A stretch of DNA of 64,000 nt from a virus (lineage: Duplodnaviria; Caudoviricetes): the IMG/VR virus record IMGVR_UViG_3300037851_000284, positions 32,001-96,000 of that record. One strand, written 5' to 3'. The translations under genes and the position numbers were made by a program. The notes under the pieces were generated by a model. The model saw only the letters and a program-made list of their open reading frames with translations. It was not told the DNA's origin and did no database searches. Shown piece by piece: positions 43,288 through 52,571 of the stretch (position 1 is the first letter of the stretch; the number at the start of each line of letters is the position of its first letter).

Positions 43288-43642
43288 ATGAAACTAAGAA
43301 CAGGATTTGTAAGCAACAGTATCACAAGTAGTCTTTTTAATATATGGAACAGAATTAGGTAAATACAAATTCGCTGAATTAGTAGCCAAAAAACACAAGA
43401 ATACAATAGAAAATAGCTATCAGAAATAAATACTCTTCTAGAAAACGTAAGAAAACTAAGATAACTATAGAAGAGTTATTAATAAAGGCGATAGAAGTAT
43501 ATACCTATATTTTATATAATTGATTATAACCCCAGTATAGTGTATCTGGGAAAAGTCTGTGTTTCATAAAAGATAATGAAACAATAGGACAATTTAAAAA
43601 TCAAATAAAAAAAATAAAAGAATTACTGGATAATGCTAAATA
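43288..43642 (+). pseudogene. GFVSNSSS family copy 6, multiply frameshifted
   Basis: MKLRTGFVSNSITSSLF...* then other frames read LIYGTEL... and IKDNETIGQFKNQI. Confidence 0.55.
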
Positions 43643-43646
43643 ATAC

Positions 43647-43680
43647 TTGACATTTATGGCGCTTTGTATTATATTATATA
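43647..43680 (+). promoter_or_regulatory. sigma70-type promoter
   Basis: TTGACA-N17-TATATT followed by ATATA. Confidence 0.7.
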
Positions 43681-43771
43681 TAAAGGAGCGCCATGTTTAT
43701 ATCGAATGTGTATATTAAAGCATTATTTGCTGGATTTCTAAACGGTTTATATCTCGGTAGAAGGTTAAGAA

Positions 43772-44230
43772 ATGATTGTAGAAGGAAACATTTTCATAGA
43801 TTTCAGTATAATTCAGAAGAGCAATCCTTCGAAACTGAAAGACGAATTAGACCTACTAGTTTCACTAAAGAACAAAGTATATCTGTGGTCAAAAACGATT
43901 GATTTAGTAACAATGAGAAGATATTGTCTATCAATAAAATACAGCAATATAGAAGATAAAGAGTTACATAAAAAAGTAATAGAATTAAGAGCGAAAAAGA
44001 AACAATATAGCGAAATATCCAAGGAAACGAGCTTACCTATATGGAAAATAGGGTTCTATCTGACTACTGACCCAGAAAAAGAATGGACTCTAGATGACTG
44101 GATCAAAGATTATGTTAAAAAGGACTCCGCTATATATTCAAAGGTAGACTTCATTATAGACCCAGATAAGAAAATAGTAGATAGGTTTAAGTCTAGAGGT
44201 ATAGATGGTAATTGTATAGAAAAGATATAA
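43772..44230 (+). CDS. hypothetical protein
   Basis: 152 aa; VYLWSK and FIIDPD. Confidence 0.55.
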   Translation: MIVEGNIFIDFSIIQKSNPSKLKDELDLLVSLKNKVYLWSKTIDLVTMRRYCLSIKYSNIEDKELHKKVIELRAKKKQYSEISKETSLPIWKIGFYLTTDPEKEWTLDDWIKDYVKKDSAIYSKVDFIIDPDKKIVDRFKSRGIDGNCIEKI

Positions 44231-45051
44231 TATTGAACAACGGACATGATTGTAATAGCTTAAGAAAAAGCATAGGTAGTTACATATATAAATATCCTTC
44301 CTCAAATAAAGAACAGAACGACGAGTGGTTAAGAAAATTAATCTCCTTAAAACCCTTCATTAATTCTGACCCAAAAAAAAGAGAAGAATATTATAAACTC
44401 AGGGAAACCATAGCTCTATCTAATGGTGGGTTCGCCATGAAATATGCTATGCGTTACTCTGTTTTATTAAATGATGACGCTGCCATTAGCGAGCTCTTTC
44501 AAGAAGCCAACATTGGTTTACTAGAAACCATAGATGCTTTTGATTTATCGAAGGAAACATCATTTACAACGTATGCGTTTTTTCATATTAGAAAACGTAT
44601 AATAGATTTTATTAAATACAATAAACTAGTTAGAGCCACTCGCGACATTGCCCGCAATATTAAGAATGTAAACAGCGTCTTATCCTCCATTCAAGTCCGA
44701 GACGGTATAATACCAACAGCTAAAGAAGTTAAAAAAGAACTAATAGAAAAATTCGATATAAACTTAAAAGAATCAATAATAGATAAAATATTAATTCTAA
44801 TAGAATTAAATTCAGCAAGCACAGAGGATGCCTTCATAAGCGAATATAAAGATCAAATATCAGTAGAAGACGAGAAAGATATATTCAAAGATATGGAAAT
44901 GGATATATCAAAACTCATAAAAGTGTACGATACTAAGCTACAAGAAGCCATCAAACTTCGCTTCGGAATAGGTACTAATTCTCCTCATAGCCCAGCCGAG
45001 GTTAAATTAATGTTAGGATTAAACAGGAAGGATTTATGTGCACTTAAATAG
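44212..45051 (+). CDS. sigma70-family sigma factor
   Basis: Region 2 ELFQEANIGLLETIDAFD....SFTTYAFFHIRKRI; region 4 AIKLRFG.....S..EV...LGL. Confidence 0.88.
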   Translation: MYRKDIILNNGHDCNSLRKSIGSYIYKYPSSNKEQNDEWLRKLISLKPFINSDPKKREEYYKLRETIALSNGGFAMKYAMRYSVLLNDDAAISELFQEANIGLLETIDAFDLSKETSFTTYAFFHIRKRIIDFIKYNKLVRATRDIARNIKNVNSVLSSIQVRDGIIPTAKEVKKELIEKFDINLKESIIDKILILIELNSASTEDAFISEYKDQISVEDEKDIFKDMEMDISKLIKVYDTKLQEAIKLRFGIGTNSPHSPAEVKLMLGLNRKDLCALK

Positions 45052-45490
45052 AATATCAAGAAACGATAATGAAGGTAAGAACAAGAAGGACGGAGACAAG
45101 TCAATAGAACTTTTCGCTAAGTTAGCTCAATCGTATGGATTTGCCCCAGTAGAAATAGTAGAAGATAACACAGAAGATAACAAAGTAAAAGGAATAGATA
45201 TATGGATTACTATTTCTGATAGAAGAGTTCCAGTGGATGTTAAATGCCAACGCAAATATAAGGACGTTATATGTCTAGAACACCAAAACATCTGGGGAAA
45301 AGTAGGTTCCTTATTCAAGGATTATACGGAATATATAGCCTTTGAATTTGATGATGGGTTTTATTTATACAAAACAAAAGATTTACGAAACTTATTTGTT
45401 AAACTGGTAGATATAAAGTCTAAATCAATAAGTACAAAGAATAAAAAGTTTGTTGGGATAAAGAAAATAAAAGATACAAACTATATGTGA
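45038..45490 (+). CDS. PD-(D/E)xK nuclease-like protein (C-terminus possibly frameshifted)
   Basis: GIDIW...VDVK...CLE...GSL...YIAF; another frame continues VMLNR...AYIHRSDL to ~45615. Confidence 0.6.
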   Translation: MHLNRISRNDNEGKNKKDGDKSIELFAKLAQSYGFAPVEIVEDNTEDNKVKGIDIWITISDRRVPVDVKCQRKYKDVICLEHQNIWGKVGSLFKDYTEYIAFEFDDGFYLYKTKDLRNLFVKLVDIKSKSISTKNKKFVGIKKIKDTNYM

Positions 45491-45594
45491 TGTTAAATAG
45501 AAGTGATTATCTAAGAGATTGGGATCACAAACCAAACGACGATAGATTTGCTTATATTCACCGAAGTGATTTAGAAAATCTATCGTCAATAGTA

Positions 45595-46611
45595 TTATTT
45601 AAGAACAATCCCTGAGTCCTGCATACATTTAGTCTTATACATACAATACTGACATTTTTCATCACCGTAGACTTCACCCTTAGCTATTCTATTTAATTTA
45701 ATTTTAGATAGTCTACCAATTTTGTGTTCTCTATCGGCTTGAGTCTTTGTATATACTAAACTATAATCTCTATCAGGTAATTTTTTATTGGTTACATAGT
45801 CAAACGTGCTATCTAGGCTCTCAAAAATATCTTTTATATTTATTTTTAATTCAGCCAATCTAGCAGCATCAGAAGTTGATATACCAGTAGTGTTTTCAAG
45901 GTCTTGTAAAGAGTTGACGTCCTTTAATTTAACAGTATATAACTCTTTTCCTGCTTGGTCATAGGCTGTTAAAACAGGCCATCCTTCTTGGTCCAAATCT
46001 ACTTTATAATAGAACGTGCTACCCGTACTTCGGTTTATATAAACTAAGTACACATTACTGATATCAAGTGCTTTACCAGATTCAGTATTCTCAAGGTAAT
46101 ATTTATATAACATTACCTGCATAAGATTACTGGGTGATGGCAATGCTGATTCAGAATTCATTATCTTAGCTGCCTTAAATTCACCAACGGATTTAAGTTC
46201 AATGGTGTCTTTCATTCCATCGTGTTCGATAATACAATCCATTCGACCATGAATATGAACGTTGTTTCTGCTGTTTGGAATTAGAAAGTTAATCTTTTGT
46301 TGGGTCTCTTTAAGCATACCATATTTTTTTAATTTATTAATAAAGTATGCTTCATACATGTTACCAGCATCACATATAGACTTACCAACTACACTCATAG
46401 GTTCAGTTGGTTGTATACCAGTAATTTTGTAATACATAGACCTACGACACTCACCAACAGAATAATTACCAATCTTAGCAGAGGCTTCGGAAGGCCATGC
46501 TACATTACCATTACGAGGCTGTATTGAACCATCTGTGTTATATGTATCAGCTATATCTTTAGATAATATAGCAGTTATGAAATTAGTACTTTTACGTAAA
46601 TTTATTGCCAT
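45595..46611 (-). CDS. Cas4-like/PD-(D/E)xK exonuclease
   Basis: CRRSMYY, GRMDCI, IELKS, QVMLY, CQYCMYKTKC (Fe-S staple Cys pattern). Confidence 0.8.
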   Translation of the reverse strand: MAINLRKSTNFITAILSKDIADTYNTDGSIQPRNGNVAWPSEASAKIGNYSVGECRRSMYYKITGIQPTEPMSVVGKSICDAGNMYEAYFINKLKKYGMLKETQQKINFLIPNSRNNVHIHGRMDCIIEHDGMKDTIELKSVGEFKAAKIMNSESALPSPSNLMQVMLYKYYLENTESGKALDISNVYLVYINRSTGSTFYYKVDLDQEGWPVLTAYDQAGKELYTVKLKDVNSLQDLENTTGISTSDAARLAELKINIKDIFESLDSTFDYVTNKKLPDRDYSLVYTKTQADREHKIGRLSKIKLNRIAKGEVYGDEKCQYCMYKTKCMQDSGIVLK

Positions 46612-46629
46612 ATTAGGCTCCTTTGAATA

Positions 46630-46663
46630 TATATAATATAATACATTGTAAGGAGAAAGTCAA
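46630..46663 (-). promoter_or_regulatory. sigma70-type promoter for the Cas4-like gene
   Basis: Reverse strand TTGACT-N17-TATATT-ATATA followed by AAAGGAG RBS. Confidence 0.7.
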
Positions 46664-46812
46664 TGGAAAAATCAGATAATAATATAATACAAAGTTATAG
46701 ACATGATAGGTGCCCAGATTGCGGACTTAGAATACCAGAGAACACAGATGAAGGAAATGAATGCGAAGAATGCGGACATGTATTCTGGGAGGAACTAGAT
46801 AATGCAGATTAA
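46663..46812 (+). CDS. zinc-ribbon microprotein
   Basis: 49 aa, AGGAG RBS, CPDCG...CEECGH (below the ORF-track cutoff). Confidence 0.6.
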   Translation: MEKSDNNIIQSYRHDRCPDCGLRIPENTDEGNECEECGHVFWEELDNAD

Positions 46813-47392
46813 ATTTGGAAATCATAAGTTGGGAGACGACACAGCAATATTTAATATGGGAACAGCTATAGATTGTCCATCTAGAAGGCTGGGATTATGT
46901 AAAACAATTAACATGGGAGTCCGGTGCTATGCAGAAAAAGCTGAGATACAGTACAAAGAACCAACAATCAATTATAGACGCACTCAAGAACATGATTGGA
47001 AGTCAGAATCTGCTGCTGTTATCCTTACAGAAATTATTAAAAGAATTGAAGCCAGAAGAAAAACAACGTTATATCTCAGATTTAATGAGTCTGGTGACTT
47101 CCACTCACAAGCTGATATTGGAAAACTCAGCTATATTGCTAGTGGGTTACGAGGTCTTGAGCAACCAGTCATCGCCTATGGCTACACAGCAAGATCTGAC
47201 CTTGATTTTAGCACATGCGAGTTCTTGTGTAAAGGGAGCGGATTTAATAAGCAGGGCCTTAACGGGTCTACAAGAGTAATACTAAAAGATGAACCTATAC
47301 CAAAGGGATATATATTATGCTCTGGAAGTTGCAAGAGATGCAATTTATGCAAGATAAATGTTCCTCATAACATAGCATTTCGAGTCCATTAA
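46802..47392 (+). CDS. GP88-like Cys-rich phage protein
   Basis: GNHKL...CP...C...CYA...LRFNESGDF...C...C..C.LC. Confidence 0.55.
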   Translation: MQIKFGNHKLGDDTAIFNMGTAIDCPSRRLGLCKTINMGVRCYAEKAEIQYKEPTINYRRTQEHDWKSESAAVILTEIIKRIEARRKTTLYLRFNESGDFHSQADIGKLSYIASGLRGLEQPVIAYGYTARSDLDFSTCEFLCKGSGFNKQGLNGSTRVILKDEPIPKGYILCSGSCKRCNLCKINVPHNIAFRVH

Positions 47393-47490
47393 ATATTTGT
47401 TTTACTAAATACGGTAAGTCATATTTTGTAGACAATCGTACTTATTATGTTATATCAATTTAAGAAATTAAAACAGTTTATATAAAACAC

Positions 47491-47524
47491 TTGACTTTTA
47501 ATTAGAAATATATTATATTATATA
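47491..47524 (+). promoter_or_regulatory. sigma70-type promoter
   Basis: TTGACT-N17-TATATT-ATATA upstream of the annealase. Confidence 0.7.
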
Positions 47525-47556
47525 TGAATTTTAATTAATATAGAAAGAGACTCAAA

Positions 47557-48297
47557 ATGAACCTACAAAATTTAAAAAGAGAGATTCCTTATAAGTATAA
47601 ACCACAATCAGTTAAGTATGGTAAAGCTATTATGGTAAGTTATATTGACGCCAGAGACGCACAAGATCTCTTAGACGAAGTGGTCGGACCGGACAACTGG
47701 CAGTCTGACTATAAAGTAATCAACGAGAATCTATATGCTGGAATAGGTATAAGAATGATACGTACTGATGATACTAAATCAAATAACAACGTTATAACCC
47801 ACGAGAGAACAGAGTGGGTATGGAAATGGGATTGCGGAGTAGAAAGTAACCAAGAAGCTGAAAAAGGAGAGGCATCAGACGCCTTTAAAAGAGCAGCAGT
47901 ACAATGGGGAATAGGAAGATTTCTTTACCGTTTAGGAGTAATCGAATTACCTACTAAAGAATATAATGGAAAAGAAAGACCATGTACAAAAGACGGAAAA
48001 ATCTTATGGGGAAACGACGAAATATCTAATTACATAAGAAATGAAATATTAAATGAAAATAAACCAAACGTAGGTCAACCTTCTCCGCCCCCTCCGGCTA
48101 AGAAAGAACTAAGCGAAAAGACTCTCAAACGTATGGAGAGCATATCAAAAGAAGGCATAAAAGGAAAAGAGTGTATAAAGAAATTCCTTCCAGATTTTAA
48201 TAAGGCTAAGGGATTATCATATAAATTAGCGGATCTTACGGAAGATAGATTAAATGTTCTAATGGACTTTATAGATTCTATACCTCCAAAGGTATAA
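47557..48297 (+). CDS. Sak/Rad52-like single-strand annealing protein
   Basis: YIDARD....LDEVVG..NWQSDY ... KWDCG ... KGEASDAFKRAAVQWGIGRFLY. Confidence 0.9.
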   Translation: MNLQNLKREIPYKYKPQSVKYGKAIMVSYIDARDAQDLLDEVVGPDNWQSDYKVINENLYAGIGIRMIRTDDTKSNNNVITHERTEWVWKWDCGVESNQEAEKGEASDAFKRAAVQWGIGRFLYRLGVIELPTKEYNGKERPCTKDGKILWGNDEISNYIRNEILNENKPNVGQPSPPPPAKKELSEKTLKRMESISKEGIKGKECIKKFLPDFNKAKGLSYKLADLTEDRLNVLMDFIDSIPPKV

Positions 48298-48319
48298 GTA
48301 AAGTGCGACATTTAATGTG

Positions 48320-48351
48320 AAAGGCCAGCAATTCCAAAGCTGGCCTTTTTT
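48320..48351 (+). terminator. intrinsic terminator
   Basis: AAGGCCAGC-N9-GCTGGCCTT-TTTT. Confidence 0.8.
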
Positions 48352-48378
48352 AATAATAAAGAAAGTTGAAAAGTTATA

Positions 48379-50805
48379 ATGGAAGACCTAAGCAAAGTAT
48401 TTGCAGAATTGGACAAGCATTTTCTAGAATATATAGCAGAACATGGTAAAATTCCTAATGATGCTGGCTTTATAAATTGTATAAATCCAAAGCATCCTGA
48501 TAGGCATCCAAGTATGCATATAATATCTGGTGGGGCCCATCATAATACAGCAGGATATTGTTTCTCGTGCTGTTCACATGTTGATATACTCCACGCAGCA
48601 CATTTTCTAGAAGGAAAGCCTCTTACAGGCATAGGCTTCTACGAAGATACTTTAAAATATCTGTGTGATAAATACAAAGTTCCATATGAACCAATACAAA
48701 TAGATAACAAGACTAGGGATATATATCAGAAACGTAATGGTGTAAAAGACGCCCTTAATATAGTACACGGAATGGTATTTAAGGGAACGAGTCTTAACAA
48801 AGATCACATTGGTATTAAACATCTTTTAGAGCGCGGTATAACCGAAGAAAGCATTAAAAAACATAAGATTGGAGTAGTTACTAGTTATAAAGATTATATG
48901 GATGCAATGACTAACCTTGGATATAATGATCCTGAATGGTTAGCAAGCGCTGACTTAGCAAGAAAAGATTTGTTTAATCCTAATGGTATTCTATTACCCA
49001 TATACGACGAAAAGAAAAGACCAGTTGGATTTGTTACTAGAAACACAGAACTTAAACCTAATGATAAAGGCGATCGTAAATATGTAAATTCAATAAATTC
49101 AGATATATATACTAAGAGTGAGATATTATATAATTTTAATAATTACGAACCAGATGAAGGACCACTTTGGATAGTAGAAGGATATCTAGATGCTGTATAC
49201 TTAGACCAAGCTGGAGTTAAAAATGTGGCTGCCCTTGGTAGTACTTCATTCACAGAACAACACGTAGATTTATTAAGTAGATGTAATGTTAAGAATATAA
49301 TATTAATGTTAGACGGAGACGAAGGAGGAAAACAAGGAACAAAACTAGCGTTAGAAAGAATAACTCCGTATCAGATATTTAAATCTATAAGAGTGGTAGA
49401 ACTACCAGATGGACATGATCCAGATAGCTTTGTAAGAGAAAAGGGTGTATCAGAATTAGAAAAGTTATCTCATCCTGACACAGCATTATCTCCTTTTGCT
49501 TGGACTATCAAATATACAACCTTCCAAGACGACCCAATAGCAATAGTAGAATCAGCAATTCCCTCAATAGCGGCAGAAGAAAGCACTATTAAGAGAATGA
49601 AGATGATTAAAGAGTTATCTAAGATTACTGGTATATCTAAAGATGATATCAAGAAAGACGTAGATTTAAAAGTTAATGCTGAGTCAGATAAGTTCTTGGA
49701 AGAACTAACGGAAGTAAATAAGTATGTACAGACAGCTTTAAATAAAAGGAAGATTAAAGATACTAAAGGTATTCTAGAAGAAGCAATAATAAAGGTTAAG
49801 AATATAGAATTAAAGTATAATGATATTCTAGATAACCATTCCAGTTATGAAAATAAGCGGGGTTCTCTGTGGACAAAAATAACCAACGGAGAATATAAGT
49901 ATGGATTAATGACTCCTAAATTTAAAAAGCTTGAAGAAATGTATGATGGGTTACCATATACTACGAATCTAACTTTGGTTGGAGGGAAGCCCTCGTGTGG
50001 CAAAACCACTTGGCTAAACGCATTAGCAGTAGATGTAGTTGAAGCTAACGACGATGCAGCAGTATTCTTTATGACTATAGATGATACTACAGAACTAATG
50101 ACCTTTAAGATGTTAGCTCAGAAAACAGGGTTTGCTACGTCTAAGATAAAACAATACGCAACCCTATTAGAAGAAGAACAAAAGATGATAGTAAATGGTT
50201 GGAGATGGTTAGAAAAACTATCTAGTAGATTCGTAATGGCTGATGCTAGCGAGGGAACAGCACCAGAAGCACTCGAAGCACACATAGAGTGGTTTATTAA
50301 AGAGTTCCCAACCAAGAAGAAGATATTCTTCTTAGATAACTTTCATAAACTAACGATGCCTAACCACAAGGAAAAGAAGGACTCCGTATCTTATCTATCA
50401 GACAGAGTGAAGAACGTGACGAGACTAAACGACTTACATCTTATAATGACAACAGAGTTAAGAAAGATGGATAATGATAGTAGGCCTACTCCGTCTGATT
50501 TAAAAGACACCGTACAACTAGAATATGATGCTGATAGTATATTAATGTTACATAATGATTTATTAGTTAAAGAGAACACTAATATATGTTGGGAAGGCCA
50601 ATATGGTACAGAAGGAACAAGAGCCATGCCTTATATAGAAGTATATTTATATAAGAATAAACACACAGGTAAAACTGGAGGACTAGCATATAGGTTAAAC
50701 ACTTATAACCTACAGGTTACGGAAGATAGCTATGCAACAATAAGAGCACTAAAAGCACAAAATGCCGGTCATCAAAAGATAACCGCAGGATATGAAAGAA
50801 GATAG
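48379..50805 (+). CDS. fused DnaG-type primase / DnaB-type helicase
   Basis: Zn domain CINPKH...CFSC; KYVNS; TOPRIM VEGYLDA, LDGDEGG, DPD; helicase GGKPSCGKTT, ELRK, SDLKD...LEYDAD, KNK. Confidence 0.92.
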   Translation: MEDLSKVFAELDKHFLEYIAEHGKIPNDAGFINCINPKHPDRHPSMHIISGGAHHNTAGYCFSCCSHVDILHAAHFLEGKPLTGIGFYEDTLKYLCDKYKVPYEPIQIDNKTRDIYQKRNGVKDALNIVHGMVFKGTSLNKDHIGIKHLLERGITEESIKKHKIGVVTSYKDYMDAMTNLGYNDPEWLASADLARKDLFNPNGILLPIYDEKKRPVGFVTRNTELKPNDKGDRKYVNSINSDIYTKSEILYNFNNYEPDEGPLWIVEGYLDAVYLDQAGVKNVAALGSTSFTEQHVDLLSRCNVKNIILMLDGDEGGKQGTKLALERITPYQIFKSIRVVELPDGHDPDSFVREKGVSELEKLSHPDTALSPFAWTIKYTTFQDDPIAIVESAIPSIAAEESTIKRMKMIKELSKITGISKDDIKKDVDLKVNAESDKFLEELTEVNKYVQTALNKRKIKDTKGILEEAIIKVKNIELKYNDILDNHSSYENKRGSLWTKITNGEYKYGLMTPKFKKLEEMYDGLPYTTNLTLVGGKPSCGKTTWLNALAVDVVEANDDAAVFFMTIDDTTELMTFKMLAQKTGFATSKIKQYATLLEEEQKMIVNGWRWLEKLSSRFVMADASEGTAPEALEAHIEWFIKEFPTKKKIFFLDNFHKLTMPNHKEKKDSVSYLSDRVKNVTRLNDLHLIMTTELRKMDNDSRPTPSDLKDTVQLEYDADSILMLHNDLLVKENTNICWEGQYGTEGTRAMPYIEVYLYKNKHTGKTGGLAYRLNTYNLQVTEDSYATIRALKAQNAGHQKITAGYERR

Positions 50806-50806
50806 C

Positions 50807-51106
50807 ATGAACAAAGTCAATAAGAGAAAAGTAAGACCAGAGATATTATCAAAAACTAAGTTTGTATTAAGTACAAAGAGATATCTAAAATATATAAAAA
50901 GAATAAGAGATCCAAGATACTGGTCATTTATAAGAGATATTGATGAAAGATTAGAAACTGAAAAACACGATTTAGAAATGTTGAAAAAACAATTAACGTG
51001 TAAACATCCAAATACTGAAACTACTGTAACTATGAATTATCATAAAGGAAACGAAGAAACAGAAATAAAATGCAAAGATTGTGAGTTCGTACTACAATGG
51101 GAATAA
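50807..51106 (+). CDS. hypothetical protein (CxH...CxxC)
   Basis: CKHPN ... CKDC. Confidence 0.5.
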   Translation: MNKVNKRKVRPEILSKTKFVLSTKRYLKYIKRIRDPRYWSFIRDIDERLETEKHDLEMLKKQLTCKHPNTETTVTMNYHKGNEETEIKCKDCEFVLQWE

Positions 51107-51268
51107 TATTAAGAGACCCTCCAGACCCAATAGAACCCGAAGAAGCATATAAAGAAGTAGAAAAGCAAATCGAATATGATAGAATAACTATATCTGGGGT
51201 ATTTAATCCCGAAGGAAACCTATTATCATGGCCAAAGGTCTACTATGTAAGGAAGGAAAGTCCAAGCC

Positions 51269-51943
51269 GTGTCTAGTGTAATACTATCTAGAACCTTCTA
51301 TAATAGGATGCATAAGTGTTATTACTATGCTGAAAATAATACTTATATTAAATATATAGATATATTATTTAATAAAGTTTTATCTATCTATTCTAAAGAT
51401 GCTACAAAGTCCTTCTTTTCTATATTCTCGGATAGATTTTCCTCGTATTCATATACTGGAATAAAATTCGTCTATAAAAAAGATAAAGAAGAGTTTAAGA
51501 ATCTATGTACATCTTATGCTAATAAGATAAACTCTTTTATAGAAACATATAAACTCATAAATATAAACGATTCAGTTACTTATAAAGGAAAGATAAAATG
51601 TTCTATAGGAGGAACCATACAAGAAAAGAACAAGAATGTATTCTTTTCATTTAAAAATTATCAAGACACACAAAAAGAACTTGACTTTTATTTGCTAAAC
51701 AATTATATTTATAATAAGATTAAGAATTTAACAAACGATTGTTTAGTATACTGTGTCTCAATAGACGCTTATTTCCTTGTAAAATATGAAGATAACGACT
51801 ATACTAATATTACCAAGAGAGGATTAATAAAATCCATTAAAAACTGTAAGATAAAAAGTCAGGGAGAACACTGTGTATCATGTAGAAACAAGTGTAAACC
51901 TATGATCATTAATGGATTAAATAGATTAAATTCTATATTATAA
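51269..51943 (+). CDS. hypothetical protein
   Basis: 224 aa; terminal CVSCRNKC. Confidence 0.55.
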   Translation: MSSVILSRTFYNRMHKCYYYAENNTYIKYIDILFNKVLSIYSKDATKSFFSIFSDRFSSYSYTGIKFVYKKDKEEFKNLCTSYANKINSFIETYKLININDSVTYKGKIKCSIGGTIQEKNKNVFFSFKNYQDTQKELDFYLLNNYIYNKIKNLTNDCLVYCVSIDAYFLVKYEDNDYTNITKRGLIKSIKNCKIKSQGEHCVSCRNKCKPMIINGLNRLNSIL

Positions 51944-52571
51944 GGAGACAAAATGTTAAATCTAATAACAAAATCAGGAAAAATCATTGGAAGAATATCA
52001 GATAGTCTAGATGAATCAGACATACTAGTAGTGGATGGAAAAGAAGTAAAGCTAGATGATGTTTATTCTGATGACGCCACCAAGAAAAGCTTTAATAATA
52101 ATGTTAAAGAATTCAAAGATGTCGTAAAAGAAGATGAGAAAAAATAAGCTACCAGAAGATATACAAGAATTAGTTTACAGTAAGTTTATAACATCACCGT
52201 TAAAACAAAAGATTGTTATATATGCAAAGCTATTACACGGTAACGCATTTAAACCTATTAATAATGATTTTCTAGGTTTAAACCGAAGACTTGTCAGTAA
52301 AATATTTAAAAATTTCACAGATAGCGTAAAGGAAGAGGTTAATGAGAGGTCTAAGAAAAGTAAAAAGTAGAGCAGTTAATCCTAATCCAAGGACATGTGC
52401 TGTTCCTCCTGTAACAGAAGCTCCAGTAAAAGTTGAAGTAATAGTTCCCTATGAATTAGGAACATCAACTATTACAGTAAAACAAGATACAGCAATTCCA
52501 ATAAAAAAGAAAAATGAAGAGAAAAAGAACAAACCTCAAACCAAATATAACAATTAATCTTAGGATTCTAA

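Noticed and set aside
25766-50805. Inteins or introns in RecA, PolB or primase-helicase
   Set aside because: Motif spacing is normal, and no C/S...HN splice junctions or LAGLIDADG blocks are visible.
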